From Podarcis filfolensis (Eukaryota), in the NCBI GenBank assembly GCA_964270895.1, contig OZ185440.1: a DNA stretch of 64,000 nucleotides. One strand, 5' to 3'. Below are positions 37,147 through 52,559 of the stretch, one piece after another (position 1 is the first letter of the stretch; each line of letters opens with the position of its first letter). The notes beneath the pieces were generated by a model. The model was given only the letters and a program-made list of their open reading frames with translations, made no database searches and was not told the DNA's origin. The translations under genes were made by a program, and so were the position numbers.

Positions 37147-39375
37147 TATTTGTGTACACTTCAAATCTAGTGGAATTGTGCCAAATAATGATCCTTTATT
37201 GTAAATCAATTAGTAAGCCTTTCTAGTTTACAGCTAAGCACAATTATGTGCCATAGTTCAAAAGAAAAGTCCATGGAAAAATACAGATCTGTCAAGGCTC
37301 AGTACATAGAATGTATCCAGGTCTAGTTTTTTAAAATAGAAGTAGACAGGCCATGTCAAACCTTCACAGGCAATGAATTCTGAATTCAAGAAGTGTCGTT
37401 AACAGTTGGAAAGCATGGAATTTCAAGGACTTCAATATAAAGTGGAAGGTTGTCAGGAAGCCAGTAGTGCAAGACCTCTGAGAGAAGCCATGCATATACC
37501 GCTGCAAAGTGAGAGGAACAATGAAAAGAGTACCAAGCTGCTATATAATTTCCCAGTTAAAATGGGACAGTGATGAAATACGTAATGTAATTAGCACCTG
37601 GGACAGGTTATAAGCTAGCAAGATAATTTCTGACAGGGAGGAAAGCGCATGCACATGCGCACACGCACACACATATACAGCTTCTACCCCAGAAACTTTG
37701 ACCCTGTTGATGGATGGAGAACTTCTAGCAGACCCTCTCCTTTTAATAGTTCCAAAACCAGTTTGGAGTGAAGCAATTCTCTTTACATTTCTCATCTTTC
37801 TTTGCAATAATTAACTGGGGAAAACTGTTATATAAAGTGAGCAATTGTCCCAGAGAATAATTTCCTCATTAAGCATACAAGAACCTGAAGAAATTAAAAA
37901 AGATACTAAAAGCTCTGTCCTGATCATGTTTATGCTTCAGATTGTATTAAATAGGATAACACACTTGGTGGTAGAACAGTTAACTGCAATGAATGGAAAT
38001 ATTAGAACAAGCTCTAAAATGCACCAGCAAATAATGCTAAAAATCTGGTTGTTCCATTTCAAATCTCACTTGCTAAACAAGTAAAGTGCCAGAATTCATC
38101 TGGCTTTACTGACCTATTATAAAAATGATCAGCTTGCAGAAAGCCAACATATGAATGAATAAATACTTTCAAATTGCTGTTCCACAATCAGACAGAAATG
38201 TCTGTATGTTATCTACAAATTCCATATAAATTGCCTTGTGACAGTGCATGTTCAGTGTACAACTTGATTAGTCTCTACAATCATAATGCCAATGTCTTAA
38301 CTCTGTTGCTTTAAAATCCACCCCTTATTTAAATACACACAGCACCAGAGCAAGTGTCAAACCCATTCCCACCACATTTATGCCAATACGGAATGCTTTA
38401 ATCTAGTTCCTTTTTTTAAATGAAGGACTATTTTGAGATTATTTTGGAACTGGAATAAAGACTATTTGGGGTCACAGCTGCTGATCTTTTGAAGAAGCCT
38501 GGGGAACAAAGCACTAGTGAAACAGAAATGCAAACCAGATTCCTTTCTCAAATTATTCATTTAACATTTCTGATCACACGTCACTTCTTAAGTCATCTGA
38601 ATGCTCAAGAGGTTCCATAGGAAAGCTTTCCACCCTCTGACTTTTTAAAATCAGTAATAATAAAAACATATTCAGACATATCTTGTGTGGTTTTCTTTTT
38701 ATAGCAAGACTTGTCTCTGTGTGTGAGAGAGAGTAAATTCAGCTGTAGGACAGCATTTCTCAATTGGGTCTAACGCCACCCACTGAAATGAACTCGGAGA
38801 TTATGAATGCAGTGCAGCACTTCACAGAAAAGCATACAGAACAAGGAAAAATAGCCATATTCACTATTTGTTAAAATTGCTCAGCTGCTATCCCATGGCA
38901 GTCATATAAGCAGGCACACAGCTGTGGCCCACATTTCTTGATCTGAGCTTTCACAGAATGGATAGAAATAATGCAAATGCAGGGAGTCTTACTATGTATG
39001 TCCATCCCCTCTTTCGTGCAAAGTAGTAACCAGACTGATCTGCCATGATAACATTTTGTTTTATTTTCCATGATCAGCTGTTCAATACCTAACAACATTT
39101 ACTGATTAAGGCTGTGTGACACTTTTTATGAAAATGATGAATTACTCAGGTCCTCACATCATTATCTGAATACAGTTTATCCCCACAGAACAGGATTCTG
39201 GGGAGTCCTTGTTTGTTTTAGAAGCTTATTAGGGACTGAGAAGATCATCAATGGATTATAAACATCCCTGAAAGAAAACATGCCTATTGCAATGTGCAAC
39301 AGAGTGCTGGTTGTATTCTAAGGAACATAGGAAGCTGTTTTATATAGTCAGATTATTGGTTCATTTTACTCAGTA

Positions 39376-39596
39376 CAATCAAACCTTGGCTGTGAAACAA
39401 TTGGCTTCCGAAATGTTCAACAACCAAGGCGTGGCTTCTGATTGGTTGCAGGAGCTTTCTGCACTCGATCGGAAGCTGTGTCGGACATTCAGCTTCTGAA
39501 AAACGTTCGAAAACCAGAGCATTTACTTCCAGGTTTTCAGAGTTTGGGAGCCGGAACGTTCCAAAACAGAGGCGTTCGGGAGCAGAGGTTTGACTG
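39376..39596. mobile_element. Tc1/mariner-type MITE (different family)
   Basis: TIR ca(a/g)tcaaacct / aggtttgactg, TA TSD. Confidence 0.8.
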
Positions 39597-40982
39597 TATT
39601 GTTTACACCATCTCTCTGTGACTCCAAGGTTTCTGATTGGGGACATTCCTAGCCCTGCCTGGGGATGCTGGGGATCCAACCTCAGAACATCTGCATGAAA
39701 AACATGTGCTCTGAGCCCACCCCCTAAGGCAGACATTCAGTCTAGGAAGTACAATGGTGGAGACAACAAGGGTCACAAAAGTGCCCTGCATTGAACTTCG
39801 ACACTAGAAAAAATTATTCAACTTGGGTCCCCAAGATGTTGTTGGACTACAGCCCCATCATCCCAGGTCATTGACGAAGTAATTGTAATTGTAGTCCAAT
39901 AACATCTGGGATTCCATATATTTAAAAAGGCTGCCTTATAACATGCCTCTGGAACCTTGGCTGCATTAAAAATTTCCACAGCAAAGACGACAATATGGGA
40001 AAGATCTGTTGAATATGAAAACAATTGCCATAGAATAAGCTGTTCTAAAAATCTATACCAATCTGAAGACTTTTCTTACATTGCCATAAGCAAGTAAATA
40101 TAGTAACTTGCTGCTTACCATTAAAAACACTAATAATAATAATACTTTAACCCTGTTATGTCACCAGTCTCAAAACCAGAAGTTTTGAGAGATCATTTTA
40201 ACTGGAAAAATTGCACAGGATTAAGCCCAGGTAAAACCCACCTTGCAATGTTGAGTTCTTCATGCCACATAACATCTAATTTGGCCCTTACTTCAATTTA
40301 ACAAATGAAGTGTCTATCCTTAATACAATACTGTACTCAACTCCTATATCTTTCATACCAAAAGGGAATTTACATTTATGGCACAATAATGATAATGATG
40401 ATGGTGATGGTGATAATACAGGTGACCATTACACAGTGGTAACCTGCTACATATAACCACTTGGTAAATCTATTGTTTATGTTTCCAGACAATGAAGAAA
40501 AGAGAGTTTTGCCAGGTACCTGATCAGAACTCTGGGGAAGCAAAGGAGTATTGAAGTTATCCTCAAAACCTGGCAAAACCATAAAGATTGGGTAGTAATC
40601 TTAAATTACTGCTTCATAAATGGTTGTTGGCACTTCCTCTGAGTAGGCATAAAAGAGGGTAGAACAGGAATATGGGTTCCCCCTTTTTTTTTTAAAAAAA
40701 AGAATGCTACATTAGCACATACACTGTTTGTTAATGCAAGCAATATAAGACTGGGAACAACTTTTCCCATTTACTGCTTATCTCTAGCCATGTCAGACAA
40801 TTACAATTTATTTATATACTCCTTTTCAGCCCAAAGGTTTGTAAAAGTGGTGAACAGTATATTAAACAATATACAGAGTAGACTACAACTATATCCATCA
40901 GTCGCAAAACAATACAAGGCAGCAAAATCACAACAATATGGTTCTTTGTAGTGTAGAAGAGACAAGAAGATTTACTCTATAG

Positions 40983-41224
40983 CAAGGATCAGCAAACTTT
41001 TTCAGCAGAGGGCCGGTTCACTGTCCCTCAGACCTTGTGGGGGGGCGAACTATATTTTGAAAATAATAATAATGAATGAATTCCTATGCCCCACAAATAA
41101 CCCAGAGATGCGTTTTAAATAAAAGGACACATTCTACTCATGTAAAAACACGCTGATTTGCGGCCCAGATTTAGAAGGCAATTGGGCCGGATCCAGCCCT
41201 TGGGCCTTAGTTTGCCTACCCATG
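40983..41224 (+). mobile_element. Non-autonomous hAT element (same family as 33068)
   Basis: 8-bp TSD ctctatag/ctctacag (7/8). Confidence 0.88.
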
Positions 41225-42096
41225 CTCTACAGGATATCCACATATGACTTCAACTGAACAGGATCCTCTAGAGAGAACACATAGTATTACGTAATCCTGA
41301 TTTTAAAATGTATGTCAATACAGAAGTTACACACTTCCTAAGATGATTAATGAAGCTCATTAATAAAAGCCTAAGGGAAAGCTCTGCCTCAATATTCACA
41401 TATGTGCTTAACAAAAAAGGAACTCTTCAACTGAACCTGAAATGTGGGAGAGGGCAGGGTGACATACTGGGAGAAGCACTGTCTGAGATATTCACAGACA
41501 AACTACTTAACAAAATTGATTATGTTAACATGAATGCAGCTGTTAATATTCATATATTTCAATTTTATTATTGAATATGAAAATAGTTATAATGGACACT
41601 AGAACGACAAGCACCTCTGCCAAAAGGGGAGAGTTTAGTTTTGAAATACTTGCATAGATTCTGCCATTGCTAGTTTTCAAAATAAAAGTTATGGACACCT
41701 ACCTAAAAGTAACAGGCTGTTATCTAGCCCTTCAATGCTATACATGGCTCCACACATGCACCTACCATGGCAAGTTTCCCCTCTGCTCTAGTAAGCTTGG
41801 TAAGAGGGCAAGGGCTCATCCCCACAGTTGTGCTCGCCTTAAGGCTATTCTAACAGGGTCTGAAGTCTTGGTTCAAGCAAAATGTACCGGTGTAGGTATG
41901 TAAGGAGAATTCCTGGATGCCAAGGTCCAAGTTTGGGGCAAGTACTCTTTGATGAGAGAACACCAGCAGAGATTTAAAATCATGCAAATATAGGCTGTTA
42001 GACCTTTAAAATATGCCCTTCCAAGTTCCTTACAAAGTTTTCCTCTTCCCCTAGCATAGAAAACGACCACATGTTTGGTAAGCTAAAAATGATTTA

Positions 42097-42266
42097 CAGA
42101 GGTACCTCGGTTTACAAACTTAATCTGTTCCAGAAGTCCATTCTTAAACCAAAACCATTCTTAAACCGAGGAGCGCTTTCCCTAATGAGGCCTTCTGCCA
42201 CTGGTGCCCTTCTACCATTCAAATTCAGTTCTTAGACCGAGGTAAAGTTCGCAAACCGGGACACTA
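42097..42266. mobile_element. Truncated Tc1/mariner-type MITE, opposite orientation to the 47541 copy
   Basis: ta|cagaggtacctcggtttac start; internal sequence is the reverse complement of 47610-47781; second TIR missing. Confidence 0.8.
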
Positions 42267-43029
42267 CAGAAAATAATATGAAGACACATACACTGCTAAC
42301 CCTAAGCAGATCTGGGCATGGACAGTAGAGTTGCCACCTTTTTTAACTGACCTTGTGCCTTAGCAGCAGCCTAGCACACAAAACTTAAATAGGAAAAGCT
42401 TTTGCTGTTGCCTTATCTCTATCACCTGGTTATTTTCCACTTATCAGATGGCTTTTAAAATTACAAAAGCAGAGCTACTAAAATGGTTGGCAACCAAGAG
42501 AGATAAGCAGTACTGAAAAACTGATGCAATAAGCAGAAAACACTCAACATGGAAATCAGATACAATGAAAAGAAACTTCTTTTAGCATAAATGGGTGATC
42601 TGTGAAGAACCCAACTTTTTATTAAGCAACAGAAGCAACTTCAGATTTAGAATACATATCAACTTTATTGCATAGGAATTTACTATATAAAGATGCAGTT
42701 CTCTAAAAGAAAAGAAAAAACATACATGAAACTGGCCAAGCAACACAATGTGTTTTTTGGGAAATTGCACACTTTGCCTGAATACAGAAATGCTATCAGC
42801 ATTAAAATCCTTTAATTAGATTTATAGAGCAAATGTATTTCTGGTCGTGGAGCAGTGAGGCAGAACGGAGTGGCAAGGTGTATGAAACTCTGCTGAGCAC
42901 AGCGGCAGGTTTTAAAGGAGGAGAAAGTTGGTGTGTTTTTTTGTTATTCTAGCTCCAGGCTGGGCCGCCTAGAAAATTGTTTTATACAGACAGGGTCTCG
43001 AGTTGCTGTCTGCAATTATGCCAGAGCAT

Positions 43030-43330
43030 TCTGCAATAACTGGACTTTCCAGGTCAAGCACAAACGATGCCCCACATTGAGTGCATTGCAGCAATCCAGT
43101 CTTGAAGACACACTACTTTGGTCAATGTCCTCTGGCCTAGGAACAGTTATAGCTGGCCAAAGCTGCTTCTAGCTATTGAGACTACCAGGGCTTAAAGTGG
43201 GCTCTGTCGTTCATTTGCTGCAGCAACGGCATTCCCACCTTCCCTTCAGCTGTTGGGCAATAGGAGCCTGCCTTCCTCAAGAAGGGAAACCACTTCTTCT
43301 TCCTCCCAGTGGTGCTCTTTGAGGCAGCTC
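43030..43330 (-). mobile_element. Decayed L2 LINE fragment
   Basis: Reverse strand of 43080-43109 reads SSRLDCCNAL, matching the L2 TSRLDYCN motif. Confidence 0.55.
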
Positions 43331-46300
43331 CTTTTAACTTTCAAAATCAGAAACTGAAAGGAGCAGCATGGAGCAACTTGCAAAGGGCTCATTTTGGCTG
43401 TGCGTGCCTGTTCCCTCTTGGGAAAAGGCATGCACAGCCAAAGAAAGCAACCCCTTTTGGAAGAAGCTGTCTTTCGGAAAGATTGGCTGTGCATAGGACT
43501 TCTCCTGTGGGCAGCTGATACTCCGAAAAGGCACCTGGCTGCCCTTGTTCTGAACAGGAGATAGGGAGTACACAAAAACAGTTGCTTTTGCATAAGGCTT
43601 TCAGGCAGCGCTGCCACCACTACCACCATACTCTTATTTGCGCCTCCAGAGGCTCAAACAGGTGCACATGAACTGTCTTGAAAGCCCTCTGCAAACAGCA
43701 AAACTGGATGTTCTGGGACTTCAAAGCACAGCATCACCTGATGTCATAGTGTAAGGGCAGCCTTACACACCTGCTAAATTTGGCCTATCTGGGGTTGAAG
43801 AGGTAATGATATGTTATCTCATCAGAAAAGTTTCCATACCCCACAACAGACTCACTGAGATTAATGGGCATGACTTAGGTTCCTTAATTTCAATGGGTCA
43901 ACTCCAAGTAGGACTAGTATTGAATACAACCCAAAGTGATTAAACCACAACAATGAAACTGTTTAGCCTTCATAGCAATGCTAACATTGCCAGGTGTGAG
44001 ATTAAACAATGGAGTTCTGTATCAGACTACAAAGAACCAATATTTTTTTTCCAGCTTGCCAGGGGCTATCTAAAAACACAGTTTTTGATCTTTAAAAGTT
44101 GGGTAGAAGTATCATTCAGAACATATAGATATAATAAACACTGAAGTAGAATTCAACTTTCTCAGTTAACCCTAACCTTTTTAATCCTGTTCTTAAAAGC
44201 TACCAGTTTCAAGCATGTTTTGTATATAGCATTTTGCGACAGTTTCATAACAGTATTTTTTAAAAAGTTTATTTTAGCACCTCACCCTGCAACTACAAGA
44301 CCATGGGGTGGGACTGGGAGTAAGGGAGAGAAGCACATTAACAGCCTGCTAATCAAGGACAAGTGTTTGGAGTCCTGAACTGTTAATTTTGTTGTGTGCC
44401 AACAGCTCAGCTGCAAATTGATACGGGTTGTCTACTTTTTTCTTCCTTTTCCATCAGAAAGTGTGACAAAACCTGCTAAAACAGGTTAGACCTCTTTACT
44501 AAAATTCTCTAAGCTTGGCAATGAAATATAGTTTTAGTACTGTATACCTCTTTCAACAGTAAGGGACTACACTGATTGACTCTCAAAAAGAAGGTAGTTT
44601 GTACGAAAGTAGTGGTCTTCAAATACACTTTTTGGAAACAAAATTCATGCAATCGAAAGTTTCAGATATGTTAATCCCATATGTAATATTTATAAATTGA
44701 GTTAAAATTTAGAACCTTTATACTGTTGTTCACTAAATAAGCAGGCATGTCAGATTATGAGAGCAGTTATTATCTATCCAAGATTTTAGAACATTCTGTG
44801 TGGTTTGAAATACTAGCTATCAGAGAACACAGAACAAACATGTTAAGTTTTTACCCATTCACAAAGCAAAAATTACAACAGTTATCTTAACACTTCATGA
44901 TCACATTTCAGAAAGAATAGAGGAGGCTAGACTTAATTTAAACTGTGATGCACAATTCTCTAGCAGTCAAAGCTTTTCCTGCCCAAAGAGTGTGCAAAAG
45001 TGAAAGGAAGCAGCAAAATCTGATTCCATAAAAACCTAATTACATTGTCCACAGAATACTTATACAATGAAACCATTAAATGTGATACTATGGGAAGTGG
45101 GGGGGGGGAATCATTCCTATATGCAAAACCATACAATCAGTATGAATTATTAAAATAGAGACTTAGATTAATTCAGCAAGTAGCAAAAGCTGTCACTGAA
45201 CAGTACAATTTTAACTGAAATTATGTGAAACAACAGCTACACCACTGCAATGATCAATGAAGGCAAATATTTCAAGATAATGGCACAGTTTTAGAGCATG
45301 TTTCCATCTGTGATGTTCCTAGTCTTCTGCATTCTTTGGCAGAAACAATCATAGTAACTGCATACACTTAAGCAACTTCTGATTGCTACTCTTGTTTGTT
45401 TGCAATGCAGGCAGAAGCATATTGGGTATGCACAGTATGGCTGCATACTGTAGCTATGGAAGCTTGTAGACTAGATGCAACTTGGAGTGTAGCTATTGCC
45501 AGCTCAACCTCTGATTCAGCTGCAGCAGCAATAATACCATTGCACTATGTTTGCTGAATAAGATCAACCACTTCTAAGAGAATTACGATCTTATCACAGA
45601 AGTCCTTATGGTACATGATTAAAGATATTTTGAAAACTGTATCTGCATCTACATTTTAAAATCAGGCAAGAAAAAAAGGCCCATTTAGGCTATCCTGGCC
45701 AATTTATTTATTTTAAACCATTCTTAAAATGTCATGCCTCTAACATAGCAAGCAAAAATAGCTTACAGTTAAGGATCTTTGTTCACATAACCACCTGGGT
45801 ATATTGTAGCAGCCTGAAAGTCTTGTGTGGTCTCCCCCGCCTCGCCCCAAATGCTTGGTCAGAAACTTGTCTCTAACTACCAAAACAAGGTTTGGCTTTC
45901 AGCACATTACGGGTTTCATACTTTCTCTAGTACTTGAGTGTGCATGCACAACCTTTAGAAGAGCTGACAATGTGCCTAGATTATTGTATGAAGAGGTGTT
46001 CAGTGAACACCTAATTAAAAAGAAAACGGAGTAAAACCCTGGTAGGGTCAAGAAGGAAATGCAAAAGAAATTTCAAATGATCAAATGAAGGATTTGGTAT
46101 GTAAATAGATCCCATTTTTCTACCACAGGACCCTCAAATCAGCTACATCAGTTGCAAATGCCATTCAAGCCAAGCCCCAGTGAGCCTTGCTAGCGGGATA
46201 CTAGGTCACATAAAGCATAAGACAATTCCTTCTACCAATTATTAAAAACATCCAGCTAATGCTTCAAAAAAGGTAGGCAACCTGTCAAAAGTATGTTTAT

Positions 46301-47540
46301 CAACCTCCAGAAACCTGGGCAACAGACAACCTAACAGTGTAGAACATGATCATTTACTACATATTTGCTAAACATTTCACAAATAGCATTAGTTGAAGCC
46401 CATGAAACATTGGAAGGAATACTTTCACTGAGAATGGGCTGCTGGGCTCTGCCTCCTCCAGGCCTCTATGCTTTTTTTCTCTCTTTTTGGTCAGGCATCA
46501 ACTTCTGCTTACTATCTGGATATATACACGGCCTACAACGGTACTCTTGCCAAGAACCTGCATTGTCAAGTTGGCGCTTGGTCAGTGATTAGTGAAATTT
46601 CTTTTCCTTCTGTGTCAGCTGCTTTAAAAAAATTGCATGTGCATGTGCAGTACACAGTCCGTTTTACTCTCACTGCGTCCAGCTTCACTCTTGCCACAAA
46701 ATTATATATTGAACCATCTCAATTCTACTTCCTCACCTGGAACTCTTCAGATTTGCACATCGAACATTGTACATTGTACAGCACATCGAAAACTCACATA
46801 CACTCATTTCCCAGGCAAACGAAGGTTAGAGAAGTTAATGCTATAATTGAGATTTTTGGAACTCTTCTAAATTTGTGGCTAATTCATCCACAGCTAGCTA
46901 CTAAGAAATATGGGTGTCTCCACAGTCCTCTTTGCCTTTCCAATATCCATTTCCATCCAAAGAACATAATTCTTTCTGTGCCTTTCTCCATGTGAAATAG
47001 CTTCCACCAGAATATTGTGTTATCATAGCAACTGAATCCACAATGGGGTGGGGGTAGAGAGGATTCCACCCACTGACCTTTTAGTAAAATTTCCTCAGTC
47101 CCCACTTCCCTAAGCATATTGCCTGCTCTCATCATCGTTCTCTTAGTCCCCCTGCTTCCAACATTTCTTTTCTATGCCTTCTGCTTTCTGCTGTTTTCAC
47201 TGCCCCCCTTTGTCCCCAAATCCATTATATTTAGGACCTGGTACTTCCTTTCAACCTTTCCGTCTCCACTACTCTCCATGTCTATCCAGTTCTCCTCCAG
47301 GCTACTGTAACATCACAGCGGTTCAGCCAGTAGCTATGGAAGCTTGTAGACTGACAGGCAACAGACAGTCAAAGTTTACAGTTAAGCTAAAGTGAAATGG
47401 AGTGTACCACCAGAAAATAGCAAGGGGGAGGTTGACAGTTCTTTATCTCTCCTCCACTGCAACTTCGTATTTAGAGGTTGGAATTGTAATACTGCACAGG
47501 TAGCTCCTACATTAAATGTGTACTGCAAATCCATCCTATA

Positions 47541-47781
47541 CAGTGGTACCTCAGTTTAAGAACAGCCCTGTTTATGAACTATTTGGTTTGCAAACTCCGC
47601 AAAACCAGAAGTAGTGTCCCGGTTTGTGAACTTTACCTTGGTCTAAGAACGGAAGCCGAACGGTGGAAGGGCACCGGCGGAGGGAGGCCTCATTAGGAAA
47701 AGTGTGCCTCAGTTTAAGAATGGTTTCTGTTTAAGAACGGACTTCCGGAATGGATTAAGTTTGTAAACCGAGGTACCACTG
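47541..47781. mobile_element. Tc1/mariner-type MITE
   Basis: Perfect TIR cagtggtacctc / gaggtaccactg, TA TSD. Confidence 0.92.
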
Positions 47782-50700
47782 TATTAAGTGGTGGTTAACA
47801 ACATGGATTTACTATGTGGAGGAACAACAGTCAGGTTGGGGAATGGAAAGGGCATCTACTTGCTCAGTGAGTGTGCCAGTCCTGGCTCCCTATCATTGTT
47901 ATTTATTATTATTTTGTGGTTATGTACTCTGAGCTTTCAAACCATCCAAGGTTCCCCAAGACTTGGGCTTAAAATGATGCTGCAATCATGATTCTTATAT
48001 AGCATCTGATTGCTAGTAAGGACTGGGAAAAGATGGACAGATAGAAGTGAAATCCAAGTAAGAAATCTAACTACTGATTGGCAAGGCCCCTACCCCATTC
48101 AAGAAGTCCCAGGGCACAACCATTATTGATAGTCTTTGTCCTCCCTTAGTAACTCATGTGTGGGGTTCTTTCGGTGCTGCTAAATATTTAGGTTCCTGTG
48201 GCAGCCTTGAAAACTTTTCACAAATCATACTCATAGGCACAAAACTGAAATGCTTTGTCTCCAGTTTAGAGCTAGTAACTATTAACATATAACCACACAA
48301 GGTTATTGAAGTGATTTAATTAAGTGTATGATGAATCATTATTATGAAAGGCTATTCAGAAGTTACAGCTGTAATGGAATATGACAGCCTTCGTCTTGAT
48401 GTGGAAGAGTCATTAGACACATGCTGCATCAACATGATGTTATAAGGGGGGAAACTGCTCCTTTTCTCTTATGGGGTACCCAAGAGCCCGCAGAATGTCC
48501 TCATGTAGGTACTGCTAATAACAATGTGAAGAACAATGATGGCTGCCTGTTGTTTTCACAGCACAGTTCAAGATGCTGGTTTTCTTGCAAGAGGCTTTCA
48601 ACAGCTGGGCTCCTCAACATTCTTCCCCAACCTGGGTACGCTCAAATGTCTTGGAGTACAACTCCCATCAACCCTAGTCAGCAGAGCTCTGCTGGCTGAA
48701 GCTAATAAATGTTGTAGTCCAAAACATCTTGAAGATACCAGGTTAGCAAATTTTGCCTTAATATCTAAAATATAGGAACTATATCTAAAATTTAATGATA
48801 TGATCCTTTGATAATGTCAATTTTTATATAGACAGAAGGCAACACAATACATGTACATGTACTTGCAGGACTAAACTAGATGAGATGTGATATCTGTACT
48901 CACATCCCCTGCCATTGCCTTTTTGATTAAAAGCAACTGGAGGGGGGTGCTGGCAGCATTTGATAAGGGCCACAGCATTGAAGGAGGTTTTAACCCCTCA
49001 TACTGTTTTTGCAAACTCAAATTGTCACACACACAAAGCTGCTACTGCCCCATTGGGAAAAACACACCTGTATGTTCTCCCCAGTGGGCAAACAGCACCT
49101 TTTGGTTGGGGATATAATTAAATCCATGAAAATGGCATTTTTGGGAAGAATTAAAATCTCCCTATGACTGTTTAAGGAGAAGAAGTGGAGAGATCTTCCA
49201 CATCTTGCCTATCATGGGCTTTTGGTGCTTTTAATCCAGCTCTAGAAAACATGCATTTTATGGAAATTTCCCAGTGCCCAAACCTGGTTATTCAGGGAGC
49301 AAGGAAATATACTAAACCAGCTTTTAATCATGAAGGTAGGGCTTAAATAATCCTAGAGGCCTAGTCACATGGGCACCTAAAACTGGCAATATTAATTCAG
49401 TTCTAGATAGCAGGCTGTTTTCTGAAGGTTTTAATATATTTAAAATAGAAGCCAAAAAGCATGAAAGAAACATTTAGTCTAATTGGTTTAATCTAAATTC
49501 AGTCTTCTCCACATCCCTTCCCAACAAGAGCACATGTGCAGATGTTGAAGCATTTTCTTCAGTTTTCTAACAATAATACCAGCTATCAAAAGATGACAGA
49601 ACACCCTTGGGGAAACTCAGGAGTACATTGCAAATGCAGCTCTGCTTGCTTCTTCCCATCAACAGCATCCAGTTCCTTCTGTTTGTTAGGCTATATTAGG
49701 TTTTTCTTCTAAAATATTATGGGGTACAACTGCTTAACAAATGTTTGGGTGATATATAGTCAGACAGTTATTTTATTTAAGTTATTTTAAAATTAATAGG
49801 ACTGTGAAATTATTGGGGGGGGAGGGCGCCTCTGTGCTGCCAGATATTACTTCCTGCCAATTCCTTCTTACATGTCCCTGATAACACTAAAACCCAGATT
49901 CTTCTGTTTTCACTTCTTTTCCTTGAGTGCTTAACTTCCTCTATCAGCCAACCTCTTATCTGCTCTTCAATGGGGTTTTTTTTTATGTCACAGAAGTTTA
50001 GCCAATGAAAAACAGTTGGAGATTTATTTTTTTTGTAAATTTACAAAACTTTTTTTTAAGTCCATATTCTATGTTTTAATTTGACTCCTTTATATCTGTA
50101 TAAGGTTGTATGGAGGTTTACATAAGAAAAGTTTTAGATTTTAAATGAGTTGATATGAGGTAAGGGATAGAACTAAACTTAAATTTGATTAAGTTGAAAT
50201 TATATTAAAATGTATTTGCTGTCATCGCCTTTTAAAAGACTATCTAAAAATGAACCTATGTAAAATCATGATGTTTGATATCCCTTATTTTTCTATATAT
50301 TTTGAATAGATACGAACATAACATGAAATCCTGATTTATTTATTTTTTTACAGATTAGTAAAGGGGCAAGGAAGAAACATGTATCATTAAAAACATGGTG
50401 CATTCATATTCTGCACTTTATTTAGAAATAAAACATTTTCCTGCCTATATCCTACAAATGTTTCAGTTCTAAATAAACTGGAGAAAATAGATTTCAAACA
50501 GGAATTAAAAATTTCGTTGACAAATATTACTAATTTGGTGTGTGTGGTTAAATTTTCCAGTATTTTAGCATGAAATTAAAACTTGCTTTATTGGGGGAGG
50601 GATAAAACTTGTTTCTTCACAATAAAATTGGGCTTAACACAACGAAAGAAAAACAAAAGGCTTCTCAAAAGCCTTAGGAACATTGAAAGGAACTAGAGAT

Positions 50701-52559
50701 GCCTGACTTGACATCTCTTATTTTTTTGACATCATTTAACAAACCACCTAGTTTAAAGTTAATGCTTAGCCCCACCCCTTTTTCCACTAACAATGGGGGG
50801 GGGGGTAGAAAAATGGAAAACTTTGATGAAGTAAACAAAAAGTCTTACTTCCTTCTCTCAAAGATCAAAGAACCAACACATTCTGAAATAGCAAGAAAGT
50901 CAGGCTTAACACTGCAATCTTTAAGTATGCATGAAACACACAGCTCCTCACTAGCTGCTTTCCCCCTACAAGATCATGCTTATCTGGCAAAAAAACTAGT
51001 TAATGTAACATAAAACAGACTTTTAACATTCTTTCACATGTGCTGATGCGTTCAGTAAAAATGCTTTTTAAAGCATGTAAAACCTCCCTTTAACTTTAAT
51101 GTGATAATATAGACAATTTATTTATAAAAGGGGAGAGAACAGCACTACATGAAAATCATTATCTTCAGAATCCCATTCTTTTTGCATACAAGGGCAGCAT
51201 AACAGCACTGACTTCAATAGCATAGTTGCTGTGTGACAAACAGTGTTTGCAAATGAGTTATTATGAAAGCTGGAAGCATCCTGTAAGGCTAAGTGTTCTC
51301 ATTTGCATTAACTCCAGGGACACCCAAGTTCCATCATATGGTTCCATCCTTGGAACAACTTCTTCAGCACTGCTACACATATAATCAAACCAACAACAGA
51401 AATGAGTTCAAAAGTACTTTAGTACAATGCTTTCTCTCAAACCGATTTCATACTAATGTTCTTAACTTGGAGCAGAGGGAAGGAAACGCTGTGGGATTAA
51501 GTGATAATAGATCAATGCGAGTCAGAGCACAATGCTCTGAAAAAAGAAGTTAGAAACATCACACTTGAAGTGAACCACCTAAGCATCTTCCAGCAAACAA
51601 AGAACTGCACGCAGCTTAGCAATACCAACGTGCACCACCCTGCTTGCCCATCGTTATTTCAGCTCTCTTCCACGCTGACTGTGCTAGCACCCGCAACAAT
51701 GTAATATTCCTCACTACAATCCTTGTTCCAAGTCTGGCATCCTCAAACTCAAACTTCTAACTCTCTTGCTGCTGCTTTCTAGCCATTAAGGGCCCTATTC
51801 CTTTCACAAGCATTAAGATGGGGAGCTTCTTGTCTTAGATCTCAGCAGCTATACCATACACACCAGCCCTTAATTTCCTCTCTCTTTTAAGGGTCCCTAC
51901 AACTTAATTTCTAAATTGTTCCTGACTCAGTCCTCCCAGCCCTCAGGTTTCTTTTCGCTTTTGTTTCTCTGCCTGAGCCTTCAGGTTCCCCCTGTCCAAC
52001 AAGGGCTTGATATACCCCTGGCGCTCAGATTGTACAAGAATCCTGTGTCTCTCCAACCGAGGTAGTCTGGCTTGAGCATTTAAAAAACCAGTTAGTTGGC
52101 TGCTGCCTTTGCCTGTTCAGCCACAGGCGGCAAATCCTGTCATAGCCGCTCTCCTCCCCCCCCCCCCAGTTGGTGAGGTTGGTGCCCTTTTCTGCCCTCA
52201 CGCAGGGCAAGCTCCCTGGACCTCTTTCCCCAAGAGGAGGTCCATGCCCGCCTCCCCTTCGGTGCGCGCAACCTCCCATCTGGCGGGGGGGGGGCGAATT
52301 CCTCCTCCAGCCCCTCTCCTGCTTAGGGGTCAAGACCTCTTCCCCTCCGTTGGCCTGGCCAGGCGGGAGGCAAAATTCCCTCCAAACAGGAAGGAGGGGC
52401 TTAAAGCAGCACAACCCCCACCCCCAATATGGAATTTGAGCCCCAAAGGGGTGGAGCCCCCTCAAACCTCCCACCCCAAATCGGGGGTCAAGCCCCCCCC
52501 TCTACCCTCAGCCTCCCTGGGCCGCACATGAAGCACCCCTCTCCACCCCAGCTGTGGGT

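Noticed and set aside
46468-46995. 175-aa plus-strand ORF
   Set aside because: No recognisable domain, TTG start, no splice or promoter support; a faint resemblance to a piggyBac motif is too weak to call.
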